DNA of 63,910 nucleotides, filler included, from Octopus bimaculoides (lineage: Eukaryota), in the NCBI RefSeq assembly GCF_001194135.2. It is 4 parts of 4 records of this genome, joined end to end, with 100 filler letters (N's around TTAATTAATTAA, not from the genome) between each part and the next. Parts side by side here need not be neighbours in the genome. Positions count along the whole stretch, not along the records: positions 1 to 28,695 come from NC_068984.1; 3 more parts are not named here. One strand, 5' to 3'. Positions within the stretch are counted from its first letter, which is position 1. The number at the start of each line of letters is the position of its first letter. Made by a program: the position numbers and the translations under genes. Below, in pieces: positions 12,086-24,224 of the stretch. The notes under the pieces are model-generated. The model worked only from the letters and a program-made list of their open reading frames with translations, was not told the DNA's origin and ran no database searches.

Positions 12086-14134
12086 ATTAAAAGAATAAAA
12101 GCAGAGAGTATTGAATAAGTAAACAAGAAATAATGATACTGTGAGTCCAAAAATCTTATAAATTGATAACTAATATTATTTCAATAATAAATCTCTGAAG
12201 GGAGGTATAAACAGTAGCTGCACGACGACGTGAAGTATATAATAATATTTCAGTTATCTTGATAGGTACAGGTGGCAATTACCAGGCATGTTTTAGTCTT
12301 ATAATCACCTCATCAGGCAGTAAACTGACAGAAACATTACAAAGTTGGACAAAATATTTTGTAATATTTGTTTCTGATTTTTAAGTTTGAGCTCAAATTC
12401 TGTGAAACACAGCTTTGCTTTTCATCATTCTAGGGGTAAATACAAAGTACTAATCCAGGGCAGTGGATTGACAGAATTATTGGAGCATTGACCATTAAAT
12501 GCTTTGCAGTATTTGCATTGGCTTTTTACATTCTATGCGTCCACATTGAAGTGGTGATCATGTCTGTAATTAGAAGACCAAATGGTGTAATGTAAAAGAA
12601 TTAGCTGAAGAAAAAGCTACGGGAAACAACTATTGTGTTCTTCCACTAAAATTCCATAAGTACACAGAACAAATGCACAACACTTAAGGAAGCCATGGAA
12701 AAGAGAAGTTGTTTACTAACTAGATAGCACAGAAAGAAGAAATGACCTCATCTCCAAAGTAAAGACTTCTTCCCCAACATGCTGAAATAGTGATAAATGA
12801 ATCATTACTGAATCACTGTGCAAATGCAGAAAACTGTACACTGGTTGACATGGATAAATAGGCTTATTTGAAGAATGAATAACTCGAAGACGCCATCCAT
12901 CTCAAGAATTGCCTATTATGACTAAATGCAAAAAAATCTTTAAAACAAAGTAAACCAACAACAATGAAAGTACTTTTACAACTAAATAAATGTTGGTATC
13001 TCAGTTCTAAGTAAATTGTTTCTTACAACTAAAATACAGTAAATAATAACAAAGAAATATTATTGTTAAAGCTATTTCTGCCAGTTCTTCTCTTATTGGA
13101 AGACTATAAAAAAAAACTGACTTATCTCTCAATAAAAACATGAAGGACTGAAAGACTAAGTACCATGAATAATTCATTGAATTTTCTTCATATCCTCACT
13201 TTCACCAAATATCAAGTTTTATCGATCATTAAAAGTTTTCTTTCAGTTCAGAGATGCCGTTTTGCCATAAGACTTTTTGTAAGAAGACTAAAGTATGAAC
13301 ACCAATGGGCAAATATAAGAGGTTCCTTGAATCTACAAAGAGCCTCTATGTGGCTGCTTGACTTGCTAGAAATATCAGCTGAATCTTTCTCAGAGTAAAC
13401 CTCTACTATCTAAAAAAACAAAAAGGACACATTGGACAATATAGTCCTAGATACATGTGCATACACACACACACACAAGATAAATAGTCATGGCTGAAAT
13501 GGCTATGATAATAAGTCTGAAGAATGTTTGACCAGGGGCTAGACAGCAACAACATTAAAAGATTTCCTGACCTTATTTTGAAGACCATTTTCAAAATGCT
13601 GCTTTAAACATAAACTCCTGGAAATAGCATTTTTTTTTTTAACTACAATAAAATACTTGATTCATGTAACACAAAGCACTCAACATTTCCTTTAGTTAAA
13701 GCTTTCAACAAAGTGCATTACATTTCAAACTATGATAATATATATACATTCATATATATGCTCCTAAAGTAAAAGGTGTTCATTTCAATACAAAACATAA
13801 TGATAGGATATTAGTGACATTATAGCAGCTTGCAACTGTGCGTCTATTAAAATTGAAACAGCTGTAACTTCAACTGCAGTATTAAATGCTACCAGTCAAT
13901 TTAAGTTAAGAATATCAACCTTTACTGCATTATTTCATATCCAAAGCTCATTCACTATAACAATATTCTCTATGACCAAAGCATTATTTTATTTATTTTT
14001 AGTAAAATACCCTTTTAATAGAAGAAACTGTGATATGGTGGACACCAATCAAAATAAAACAAGAATATTTCAATTACTTTTCATTCTTTACATAAATAAC
14101 AAAACTACATATGACCATGCTTTATTAATTTGTT

Positions 14135-14835
14135 TATCATCATCGTTTAACATCCGTTGTCCATGCTGGAATGGGTTGGATGGTTTGACTGGGCTGGCAT
14201 ACTGGAAAACTGCATCAGATTCCAGTCCGATTTGGCGTAGCTTTCTATGGTTGGATACCCTTCCTAATACCAACTACTCTGAGAGTGTAATGGGTGCTTT
14301 TACTTGCCATTTGCATTGACACCAGGATGTGTTTACATGCCACTGGCACGGGTGCCAATTTGCGTGACATTAGTATCTGCCACGACTGCAATTTTGTTTG
14401 GCTTGATGGGACTTCTCAAGCATGACATAATGCCAAAGGTTTTCTTCTCAAGCACGACATAAGGCTAAAGGTTTTTGCTAGGTTAACTCTGAGGCCCTTC
14501 GATTCTAGACCTTGCTTCCATATCTGGAACTTCTCTAGTTTAGATAGTGATTCAGCTATAAGAGCAAGGTCATCAGCATTGAGGAGCTCCCAGGGGAAGC
14601 CTGTCTTGAATTGCACTCTCATTGCCTGGAGGACCGATCCTTGGTGTACCCCTACTTGTACCTTGAATTCTTCACTGTACTCGTTACCCACCCTCACCTT
14701 ACTGGTAGTGTCCCTGTACAAGATTTGTACGGCTCTCACCAACCACTTGTCTATACCTAGTTTCCACATTGACCACCAGATAAGAGATCAGGGGACCCTA
14801 TCAAAAGCTTTCTCCAAGTCAACAAAAGCCAAGTA
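14135..14835 (-). mobile_element. RTE-clade LINE fragment: RT domain plus 3' end
   Basis: Minus strand reads LAFVDLEKAFDRVP...KLGIDKWLVRAVQILY...VGVHQGSVL...ELLNADDLALIAES...GLRVNLAKT, followed by a family D 3' end with (GAT)n tail. Confidence 0.92.
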
Positions 14836-14966
14836 CAAGTCTTTCAAGCCAGGGAGGCTTACATTCTCCATATCTTCAAAAGTGCAAAGCTACTGAATGA
14901 TTTACTGGCAGAAAAATGACAATGGAGATATTGATCATAGCTCATGTGATCACATAATGCAAATAT

Positions 14967-14994
<28 letters not shown>

Positions 14995-15001
<7 letters not shown>

Positions 15002-15150
15002 TACACGTACAACTAGCTTTATAGTGGCTATCAAATTCACTCCCAAAGCATTCATTAACCCAGAACAGTAGAAGACACTTGCTCATGATGCCATGCAGCA
15101 GGACTGAATCCAAAACCATGTGGTTGTGAAACAAACTTTCTCAATACACA
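14995..15150 (-). mobile_element. Family A SINE fragment
   Basis: agaagacacttgctcatgatgccatgcagcaggactgaatccaaaaccatgtggttg. Confidence 0.7.
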
Positions 15151-15304
15151 GAACTAATGCTGTTTGACCCTCAGCCACTTTTCAACTATTTTTTCCTACT
15201 AAATTAACATCACAATAGAATGGATCATATGAGCGTTACTCTTCAATTGCTGCAAGTTCTCTGCAAGTTCAATGTCTATGATACACTATCATTGTATTTC
15301 TCTG

Positions 15305-15388
15305 TTTTGTTTCAGTCTTGTCACATTTTATGTTTTGTTTCAGTCTTGTCACATTTTATGTTTTGTTTCAGTCTTGTCACATTTTATG
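15305..15388. repeat. Perfect 28-bp tandem repeat, three copies
   Basis: TTTTGTTTCAGTCTTGTCACATTTTATG at 15305, 15333 and 15361 with no spacers. Confidence 0.97.
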
Positions 15389-15589
15389 TTTTATCTATCA
15401 TATAACTGACTGCTTGGCTCCACCCACTAAAATGGTTACTAGGTTGCATGAATTATTCTTTAAAAATGTCCAGCTGTCCTCTATTCTTTAAAAATTCTGT
15501 CTCTTTTTCAAAGTATGTCAGCCAGCCTTTCAATTTCCACACTTATCTTCTACTTATGGTTATTCTCTTCACCTTCACCATTCTTGGTC

Positions 15590-16520
15590 TAATCTCACAA
15601 ACCTTTCATTTGTTTTGGCGGAGGACACATTCATCTCCAGGAATTGTCTGTGTTTCATAGTCATCTCTCTGTCACTCATTTTAATTGGCAAGTTAGTAGA
15701 TCTGATATTCAATACCACCTGATAGCTAAGCTAGTTAGTTAGCTGCCTAACTTTCATAAGCATGTATTATCGATATAGATTCATTCTTATTAAAGAACTC
15801 TTGAAATCCCTATGCTGCTTTCATTCAAGTGTTCCTTGATTATACAATAGTGTATCAACTTTAATGTTCTCCAACATCAACATTAAATTTCCTAACTATT
15901 ACTACTACTACTATATCCCAGTCAACTGTATTTCAAAGTGTTGTCGTAAGAGTCTTGTAAAAGTGGTTGGTATTCTTTTACTTGCTTTTTTACAAACCTT
16001 ATTTAAAAAGACTGCAGCAACTGTTATATCACATTATAATTCAGTTATATATCTAAAGATATAGCAAATATGCTATCTATTTTCGTATCTGTGAAGGATA
16101 TACTTACACCACTAGTACTGTGTTACTAATTCACAATTTATACCATGCCCCTTTGTAATCAATCTGATAAACCCATTTGTCTATTTTTGCTTCCTGCACA
16201 TGCCAAGTTCACCAATATTTTAACCCCTGTTACAACTTCACCTTTATCTCAAATATCCATTATTAATCACCATTGTGAATACCATTATCAATCTGGTAAT
16301 GATAAATATTCTTAATGACAGTCAGAGAATGCTCACACTTGACACTATCCCTACAATATGAACCACCATTAAATCACAAGCTACTGAGAATTGAATTATG
16401 GGTTTTGGCAGTAATTGCATGACTAGATACCTTCTATCATCAACTACTGCTGAAGAACACCAAGTTAAGTACTTCACCAGACATCCAGTATTTTGTTTTT
16501 TCTTCTGCATTTTGAAAGCT
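15590..16520 (-). pseudogene. Very old RTE APE-endonuclease relic
   Basis: Collinear degenerate motifs on the minus strand: TKYWMSGE (like ETRWKGE), VYPSQ (like VYAPQ), FYKTL...DIVVVVIVRKFNVDVG (like GDFNAKVG), TIPGDECV (like VIPGEECV). Many stops. Confidence 0.5.
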
Positions 16521-18207
16521 TTTGGTCTAATGGGTGGGGAATGTCTGCATTTTGTTTGGCATGATTTACCAATCTCTTTTGAGAGACATTGTTTTTATTA
16601 TTACATATAAAATCATCTTCATGTCCTTTTTATCGTAACTCACAAGATTTTGACAACATCTACTACTGTTTTATATCAATCTGTAAATTTGGAAACAATC
16701 TTGTTTTGAATTACCTAGAACAGTTGAGATGTGGGGAGAAATCAGCAAATATATGTTTTTAATTTTAAAGCAATATCCCTACACACTAAAACACTAGCAT
16801 TCAAACCTTAAATCTGTCTGCTGCAATTACAAATACACACACAAATATAAAATGAGAGAAAACATTGCACCACATAGATGCCTATCAAAACTTTAAAGTA
16901 ATATTTATCGTATTCAGAAAAAAAAAGTGTTTAAGGCGATATGAGAAATTCAAAGAACATTTTGTCAAGAAATGTATTCTAATTAATAAAAACTAACATA
17001 TACCATTCTATTTGTATCCAATGATTTAAAGATACTTATTTGAAAATTATTCATTCTGTAAGATATTTCCCTGAGAATGGCAAACCTTTCAATAGGATCC
17101 CACTGAATGAGAATGTCGGACGGTAGCAAAGAAAGATTGACACTGAGATAAAAGAAAGAAATCTAACTTGTAACAAACTGCATAAAAATATAAAATGGAT
17201 ACATTTCTCAAATATTGCTGATGTAATGAAAAAAGTTATAAAATTATTACTGATGCTAAAACAAGTTTTTCAATGTGTAACTAGTGACGAAAATATCTGG
17301 AGTATGCATTAGGGCATGCATCAATGATTCAATCTAATTTGAGCAAAATTTTTCACTATAGTTTCTTATATAGAATGCCTGCTTCCAAGTGGCAATCTAT
17401 TTGAAGGCAAAATATGCGAGCATTGATCTAGCTTTAAAATGTTGTCCCTTTTGGTACTAACCTGCCTGTGGCCGCAATTCTTCACTATTTTAAAAATCAA
17501 CTGAAATGAAATCAAGGCATTTCATCAGATACTGTTCTTGAAAGATAGCTATTCCTACTAGATAAGAATGTCAGACCATTGTAGATTTTTATTGAGACAG
17601 AATTTGGACAAACAACAACAAACACTAATACCCTTTAAGTGACATACTTACTTAGCCATTTTGATACTATCCTTGGCTCTATGATACAAATCCCTTCAAA
17701 ATATAATCCAAATTTTAAAATCTTCCATTAAAATTTCATGTTAATTTATGTTCCAAACACCAGCTTAATAATGGCAAAATTATTTTACTTAATACTTCAC
17801 TATTTTAAAGCAACTGAAACAGAGTCAGAGTATTTCAATATAAACTATTCTCCAGAGATGTCCTTTCTTATGAGATATGTCAGATCATTGCAAATGTTTA
17901 CTGAGAGAGAATTTACATGTTAATGACAAACATTTGTTCGTTATACCATTTAGGTGATAGACTTAAATCTGTGCTACAAGCATTTGAGCTAGGACTCCAG
18001 TCTGAGATTTGTTTCTTCATTTTTCCCAACCAATAACAGAAACCCTGGTAAACATTATGAATGCTACCCTTCCTCTACTAACATAAACCTTAAAAAAACC
18101 TTTTAAAAATTATGAAAAAACATTGCCTCTTCTCCCTAAGTTGCTGTAACTCACTTTTTACATCTATTCCACTTTTAGCTGATGTGAACTAATTAGCAGG
18201 TCTTTAA

Positions 18208-18427
18208 CCCTTTCGTGACCAACCTGGCTGAAACCGGCTCTGGCTCTGAGTACAAATGTCTTGTTTTCATAAGTTTTGAATTAAAATCTTCCACGAAACC
18301 TTAGTCGCAATTTATGTTCCTAACACTAGCTGAATGATAACTAAGTTAATTTATTAAATTCTTTGTTATATTTAAAGTAATTGAAAGAAATACAGAGCAT
18401 CTCAAAATAAATACAGTAATGAAAGGG
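18208..18427. mobile_element. piggyBac-type MITE with TTAA TSDs
   Basis: TTAA|CCCTTTCGTGAC ... GTAATGAAAGGG|TTAA; 220 bp, non-coding. Confidence 0.9.
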
Positions 18428-19004
18428 TTAAACTGATCAGTAATGGAACTTATCAAATTTTTTGTCAACAGAGCAACAATATAATTTATTCATTGTTGAA
18501 ATAAAGGAAAAGAAAAAAAAGAGAATAAGATCTTTGGTGTGTGTGTGTGTGTGTGTGTGTGTATACATANNNNNNNNNNTATATATATATATATATATAT
18601 ATTTCTTAGAAGTTCCATTTACAGATGGAAAAACAAATTTAGACAATAAACAACCAATAGAATTTTTTTATTTATATAATGAATTTTCTGAGGTAAAAAA
18701 TTAAGTGACTATTGGTGATGACAGCAACAAAAGGACTCTAGTTTTGTTGTGTATACATATACATTCATACATACACATTATGTGTACAAACGTACATATC
18801 TATGTAATATAAACGTGCTTATGTATGTATGCATCAACTGAAAATATAGTTTAAATTAACCACTGGAGTTAAAAAGCAACTGTGTGCATGCAAATTTTTA
18901 CACAATTGGTAATATTTTTAGACAATTGGTAATATTGATCAAGATATCAGCGATATAAATGTGTGGATTAATATATTATGTAACTAAACAAACCAACCAT
19001 TTTC

Positions 19005-19120
19005 TTTAGTTCACAGGAGGAAGTAGAAGACACTTGTCCAAGATGCCTTGCAGTGGGACTGAACCTGAGACTACATGGTTGGGAAGCAAAGCTTCTTAAT
19101 CACAAAGTCAGACCTGCACA
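19005..19120 (-). mobile_element. Family A SINE head
   Basis: agaagacacttgtccaagatgccttgcagtgggactgaacctgagactacatggttgggaagcaaagcttctt. Confidence 0.8.
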
Positions 19121-19194
19121 TACATATGTATGTGTGTGTGTGTATGTATGTATACATATATACACAGACATGTATCTATACATGTATTTATGCA

Positions 19195-19466
19195 GCCACC
19201 TGACTAGCTCCCATTCCGGTAGCATGTAAAAAGCACCATTCGAGCATGGTTGATGCCAGTACCACCTGACTGGCTCCCATGCCGATGGCACATAAAAAGC
19301 ACCCACTACACTCTCGCAGGGGTTGGCATTAGGAAGGGCATCCAGCTGTAGAAACCTTGCCAAATGAGATTGGAGCCTGGCGCAGCTTCCCAGCTCACCA
19401 GTTCTCAGTCAAACCATCCAACCCATGCAAGCATGGAAAATTAATGTTAAACAATGATGATGATGA
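19195..19466 (+). mobile_element. Family D copy
   Basis: aaaagcacccactacactctcgcaggggttggcattaggaagggcatccagctgtagaaacc ... cccatgcaagcatgg plus (GAT)n. Confidence 0.85.
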
Positions 19467-19472
19467 TATATG

Positions 19473-19520
<48 letters not shown>

Positions 19521-19563
19521 TCATCATCATCATTGTTTAACATTAATTTTCCATGCTTGCATG
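19424..19563. repeat. Near-perfect 140-bp palindrome centred on (AT)n
   Basis: catgcaagcatggaaaattaatgttaaacaatgatgatgatgatatatgta is mirrored exactly on the other side of a TA tract. Confidence 0.95.
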
Positions 19564-19904
19564 ATATATATATGATATATATATATCATAGGTGGCTTGT
19601 CTGTTTTCCTGTGTGTTCGTTCTGTTGTCTGTAAACAGAGTCCATTTTTGTGCTTTTTGTTCCTGTTTATTTGTCTGATGTCCTGTACCCGGATATGCAT
19701 CTGTATATACATGCAGATGTAGATATGTACATATATGTATGTATACATGCATATGCTCTTATATCATTTGTATTATTATATATATATATATATATATAGT
19801 CCCATTTGAAAATATAATTTAAAACTGCTGTTGAGATTCAAACCCTTTATATCTATGTGTGTTCATGTGTGTGTTTGTACATGTCCACACACATAAATGT
19901 GTGT

Positions 19905-19979
<75 letters not shown>

Positions 19980-19980
19980 T

Positions 19981-21290
19981 CATCATCACCTAGCAGGAAA
20001 GAAGACAGAACTCTAATGCCATCAGGGAAGTGTTCATCTTCAATGTCAAGAAAAGAAGTAAGTAGGAATTCCATACTGTGTACCCAGGATAAACAATAAA
20101 CACACAAGTGTAGAATGGGAACATAGATAAGATGACAAAGAAAGTAGTCTTTGTATGTGGCAGATGTAAAGGAGTAGTTAACAGTAAGAGTATACATGTA
20201 AACATAGATTCAAAGTTCAGAAGGCTCAAAAGAAGTAGTTGAAAGCTTTTGTTTCCTAGGTGACCTAATTAGCAGTAGAGGTGGGTCTTCTGAATGTATA
20301 GTTGCCAGAGTAAGAAAGGGGTGGGTAAGGTTCAGGGAACTATTAACTCTGCAGGCAACAAAGAGGTTCTTTCAGAGTGAAGGGCTGATTGTATGGGTGT
20401 ATGAAGTGTGGTTAGTAGCATGGTAACATGATGTAAGCCTCGAAACATCCAACATATGTAAAGGCTGGCGAAAATGAAGCATGCTACATCACCACCACCA
20501 CCACCACCACATTTTAATGTCCATCTGTTTGAATGTCCATCTTCCACATTGGCATAGGTAGGATGGTTTGACAGGATCCAATAAGTCTTAAGCCTGCACT
20601 GAGCTCTAATGTCTGCTTTGGCATGGTTTCCATGACTGGATGCCCTTCATAATACTAACCACTTTACAGAGTGTGCTGAGTGCTTTTTTTCATGACACCA
20701 AACTTAGTGAGGTTTCCATGAAGCTTGCAAGACTAAAATCCCTTCAACTTGAGTAAGGCTACAATAGAGTGGGAAGCAACTTTATGCTAGAAAATAAGAA
20801 GTTCAAGTATGGAAGAAAGGATCAGAATAGAACAGGTTTCTCACTGCAAGGTAGCTTGATGGGATACTTACATCATAAAAACAAGGGTGGGAACAACTGG
20901 GATGGATTTGGAAAGAGTGATAAACAATGGGTGTGTAAAACAAGCGTGCATAAATAGTGGAGTGCAAATAAGCTGAGAGAAACATGAATATAAATGATTG
21001 GATATACAAGAGAGAACTGCATTGGTATAGACATGTGATACACACAGAGGGTGCCAGTTGTATAAAGAAATGCCAGGCACTCCAAATGGACAAAACATAT
21101 AGAAGAGAGACACCAAGGAAACCCTAAGGAGAAATAGTGAAGACTGACTTCAAGAGGCTGAAGCTCACAAAGGAGTTGACAAAGGGACTCTGATCAGTAA
21201 TAAAATGCTGTGCTACAAAAGACTTGCCCTACTCAAATGAGCATGGCAAAATGGTCGTAAAATGCTGGTGGTGGTAGTGGTGGTTGAAAT
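19981..21290 (+). mobile_element. Decayed RTE LINE 3' half, interrupted by an antisense family D copy (about 20490-20735)
   Basis: Reads VSRNSILCT, FVCGRCKG, EVVESFCFLGDLISSRGG...VARVRKGWVRFRELL, later an RGRPRK-like segment and a family D-type 3' end. Confidence 0.8.
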
Positions 21291-23047
21291 GTTTATTATT
21301 TACATTTGGGTCTGTACCATTCATTTGCTCATTAACAATCTCCCACCTTCATCTCGCTGTCTGTGAAATAATAAATGGTAATATACTGGATCTGTCCATA
21401 CTCAATCCCCGGCCCCAGCCCCAGCATCTTTACTACTGTGATCCATCATTGTGTGCTTGTGTGTGTATACACATACATGCACGAGTGCGTGCACACGCAC
21501 ACACACGTTCATGTACGTGTGTATGTGCGTGAGTGTGTAAACCCCTTCCTTCCAATCAATTGAACATATGCATATGCACACATAATTGTATGCATGCAAG
21601 TTTTTATAATAATGATACGTAATGCTTGTTGAATTTATATTTATGCCCATGCATAACCATTGCAGGCAAGTTTGGCAGGTGTAGAATATATATATATATA
21701 TATATATATATGGAGTTCTGGGATTTTTCCAACGATCCCGCTCGAAAAATCCCAGAACCCCACACAAGAGCCAACTCAGCGGCACCGGCAACGATCCCGC
21801 TCGAAGAAATTCCATGTGCTGGTGACACATNNNNNNNNNNNNNNNNNNNNNNNNNNNNNNNNNNNNNNNNNNNNNNNNNNNNNNNNNNNNNNNNNNNNNN
21901 NNNNNNNNNNNNNNNNNNNNNNNNNNNNNNNNNNNNNNNNNNNNNNNNNNNNNNNNNNNNNNNNNNNNNNNNNNNNNNNNNNNNNNNNNNNNNNNNNNNN
22001 NNNNNNNNNNNNNNNNNNNNNNNNNNNNNNNNNNNNNNNNNNNNNNNNNNNNNNNNNNNNNNNNNNNNNNNNNNNNNNNNNNNNNNNNNNNNNNNNNNNN
22101 NNNNNNNNNNNNNNNNNNNNNNNNNNNNNNNNNNNNNNNNNNNNNNNNNNNNNNNNNNNNNNNNNNNNNNNNNNNNNNNNNNNNNNNNNNNNNNNNNNNN
22201 NNNNNNNNNNNNNNNNNNNNNNNNNNNNNNNNNNNNNNNNNNNNNNNNNNNNNNNNNNNNNNNNNNNNNNNNNNNNNNNNNNNNNNNNNNNNNNNNNNNN
22301 NNNNNNNNNNNNNNNNNNNNNNNNNNNNNNNNNNNNNNNNNNNNNNNNNNNNNNNNNNNNNNNNNNNNNNNNNNNNNNNNNNNNNNNNNNNNNNNNNNNN
22401 NNNNNNNNNNNNNNNNNNNNNNNNNNNNNNNNNNNNNNNNNNNNNNNNNNNNNNNNNNNNNNNNNNNNNNNNNNNNNNNNNNNNNNNNNNNNNNNNNNNN
22501 NNNNNNNNNNNNNNNNNNNNNNNNNNNNNNNNNNNNNNNNNNNNNNNNNNNNNNNNNNNNNNNNNNNNNNNNNNNNNNNNNNNNNNNNNNNNNNNNNNNN
22601 NNNNNNNNNNNNNNNNNNNNNNNNNNNNNNNNNNNNNNNNNNNNNNNNNNNNNNNNNNNNNNNNNNNNNNNNNNNNNNNNNNNNNNNNNNNNNNNNNNNN
22701 NNNNNNNNNNNNNNNNNNNNNNNNNNNNNNNNNNNNNNNNNNNNNNNNNNNNNNNNATATATATATATATATATATCAATGTGTATGCACATGTGTGCAT
22801 TCATGCAAGCTCCTATTTGGACATACATCTGCATATAAATGAAGACATAAGCATATGTGCCAGGATGTGCATTGATATGATTAAATCTGTGGTTGAAATG
22901 TATACATTCCTGCAATCACTGAGAACACAGTGCAACAGAATTAAACCACTAATTACAACAACAGCAGCAACCCCACCATCACCATCAACACCACCGCCAA
23001 CAACAACAACAACAACAACATACAAATGATTTTAAAGATTTACTTAC

Positions 23048-23159
23048 CCATCTCTTCCTTTGCTGATAATTTTTACTTCAAAGTAATATATGCCACAAGA
23101 TGCAGGTATTGGGTGGGTAGATCTCACACTGGCTGCATCTTTGGGAATTTTCCCAATCC
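23048..23159 (-). CDS. RANBP9: Internal coding exon (equivalent to exon 2) of a RanBP9/RanBP10 (RanBPM) SPRY-domain, CTLH/GID scaffold protein
   Basis: ttttcag|GG ATT GGG ... AGA GAT GG|gtaagt, 112 bp, phase 1 to phase 2. Encodes [38 protein letters not shown], versus vertebrate RANBP9 [38 protein letters not shown] as recalled. Invertebrate co-orthologue of RANBP9 and RANBP10. Confidence 0.95.
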
Positions 23160-23499
23160 CTGAAAAGATAAAAAAACATGAAATATGGTGAAGAACAAAT
23201 GAACAACATTCTAAAGTACATGCATTAAATATATAACAATAGGATAATATCGAAGCCAAATGCAAACTCAAGGAATTTGACCTACAATAATAGAGGTTTT
23301 CAGCATTTCAACAATGCCAAATATTGCCAGATACGTTTGTAAAAAGCAACAATGTAGGTTCCTCTCTCTCTTTACTTAATCTAATTAATGACTCAACATT
23401 GTTAAAGATAACAAATGAGAAGAGTAGTTAAAAATATACTGCCAATAATTTTCAACTGAAGACTCACAAAATTTTTTTACTATCTTCCTTGAAGAAGAT

Positions 23500-23665
23500 A
23501 GGCACAGGTGTAGCTGCATGGTAAGCTGTTTGCTTTCCAACCATATAGTTCCAAGTTCAATCGCACAGCATTGCACTTTGGGCAAGTGTCTTCTACTATA
23601 GCCCCAGGCCAACCAAAGCCTTGTGAGTGGATTTGATAGAGGGGAAACTGAAAGAAACCAGCCAT
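23500..23665 (+). mobile_element. Family A SINE 5' part
   Basis: aggcacaggtgtagctgcatggtaag...ttgggcaagtgtcttctactatagccccaggccaaccaaagccttgtgagtggatttg. Confidence 0.85.
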
Positions 23666-23874
23666 ATATAGATATATATATATCTTTTCTTTTATCTTTT
23701 ACTTGTTTCAGTCATTTGACTGCAGCCATACTGGAGTACATACATTGAAAGGTTTCAATTGAACATAACCCCAGGATTTTTTTTAAGCCTAGTACTTATC
23801 CTAGTGGTCTCTTTTGCTGAACCACTAAGTTCATGTGAATACACCAACAGCAGTTGTCAAGTGGTGGTGGAAAT

Positions 23875-23905
<31 letters not shown>

Positions 23906-23919
23906 CACACACACACAAC

Positions 23920-24080
23920 AGACTTTTTTCAGTTTCCATTTACCAAATCCACTCACAAGACATTGGTTGGCCTGAGGCAATAGAGACACTTGCTCAAAGT
24001 ACTACATAGTAGGACTGAACCTAGAACCATGTGGCTGGGAAGCAAGCTTCTTACTACAAAGCCACATCTGCACCTCTACA
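23920..24080 (-). mobile_element. Family A SINE 5' part, inverted relative to 23500
   Basis: ttttttcagtttccatttaccaaatccactcacaag...gacacttgctcaaagt...accatgtggctgggaagcaagcttcttac. Confidence 0.85.
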
Positions 24081-24135
24081 CTGCCATGCTTGTGCCTCCA
24101 CACAGCTATGCCTACACCTCCACTCAGCCACACAT

Positions 24136-24207
<72 letters not shown>

Positions 24208-24224
24208 CGCGCACGTGCGCCTTT

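Noticed and set aside
15305-15388. 28-bp repeats as a possible CRISPR array
   Set aside because: No spacers, no cas genes, eukaryotic intron: a simple minisatellite.
17650-17710. Minus-strand donor (CTAA|gtaagt) with a short open frame EGICIIEPRIVSKWL
   Set aside because: No convincing acceptor and no similarity to RanBP9/10 exons.
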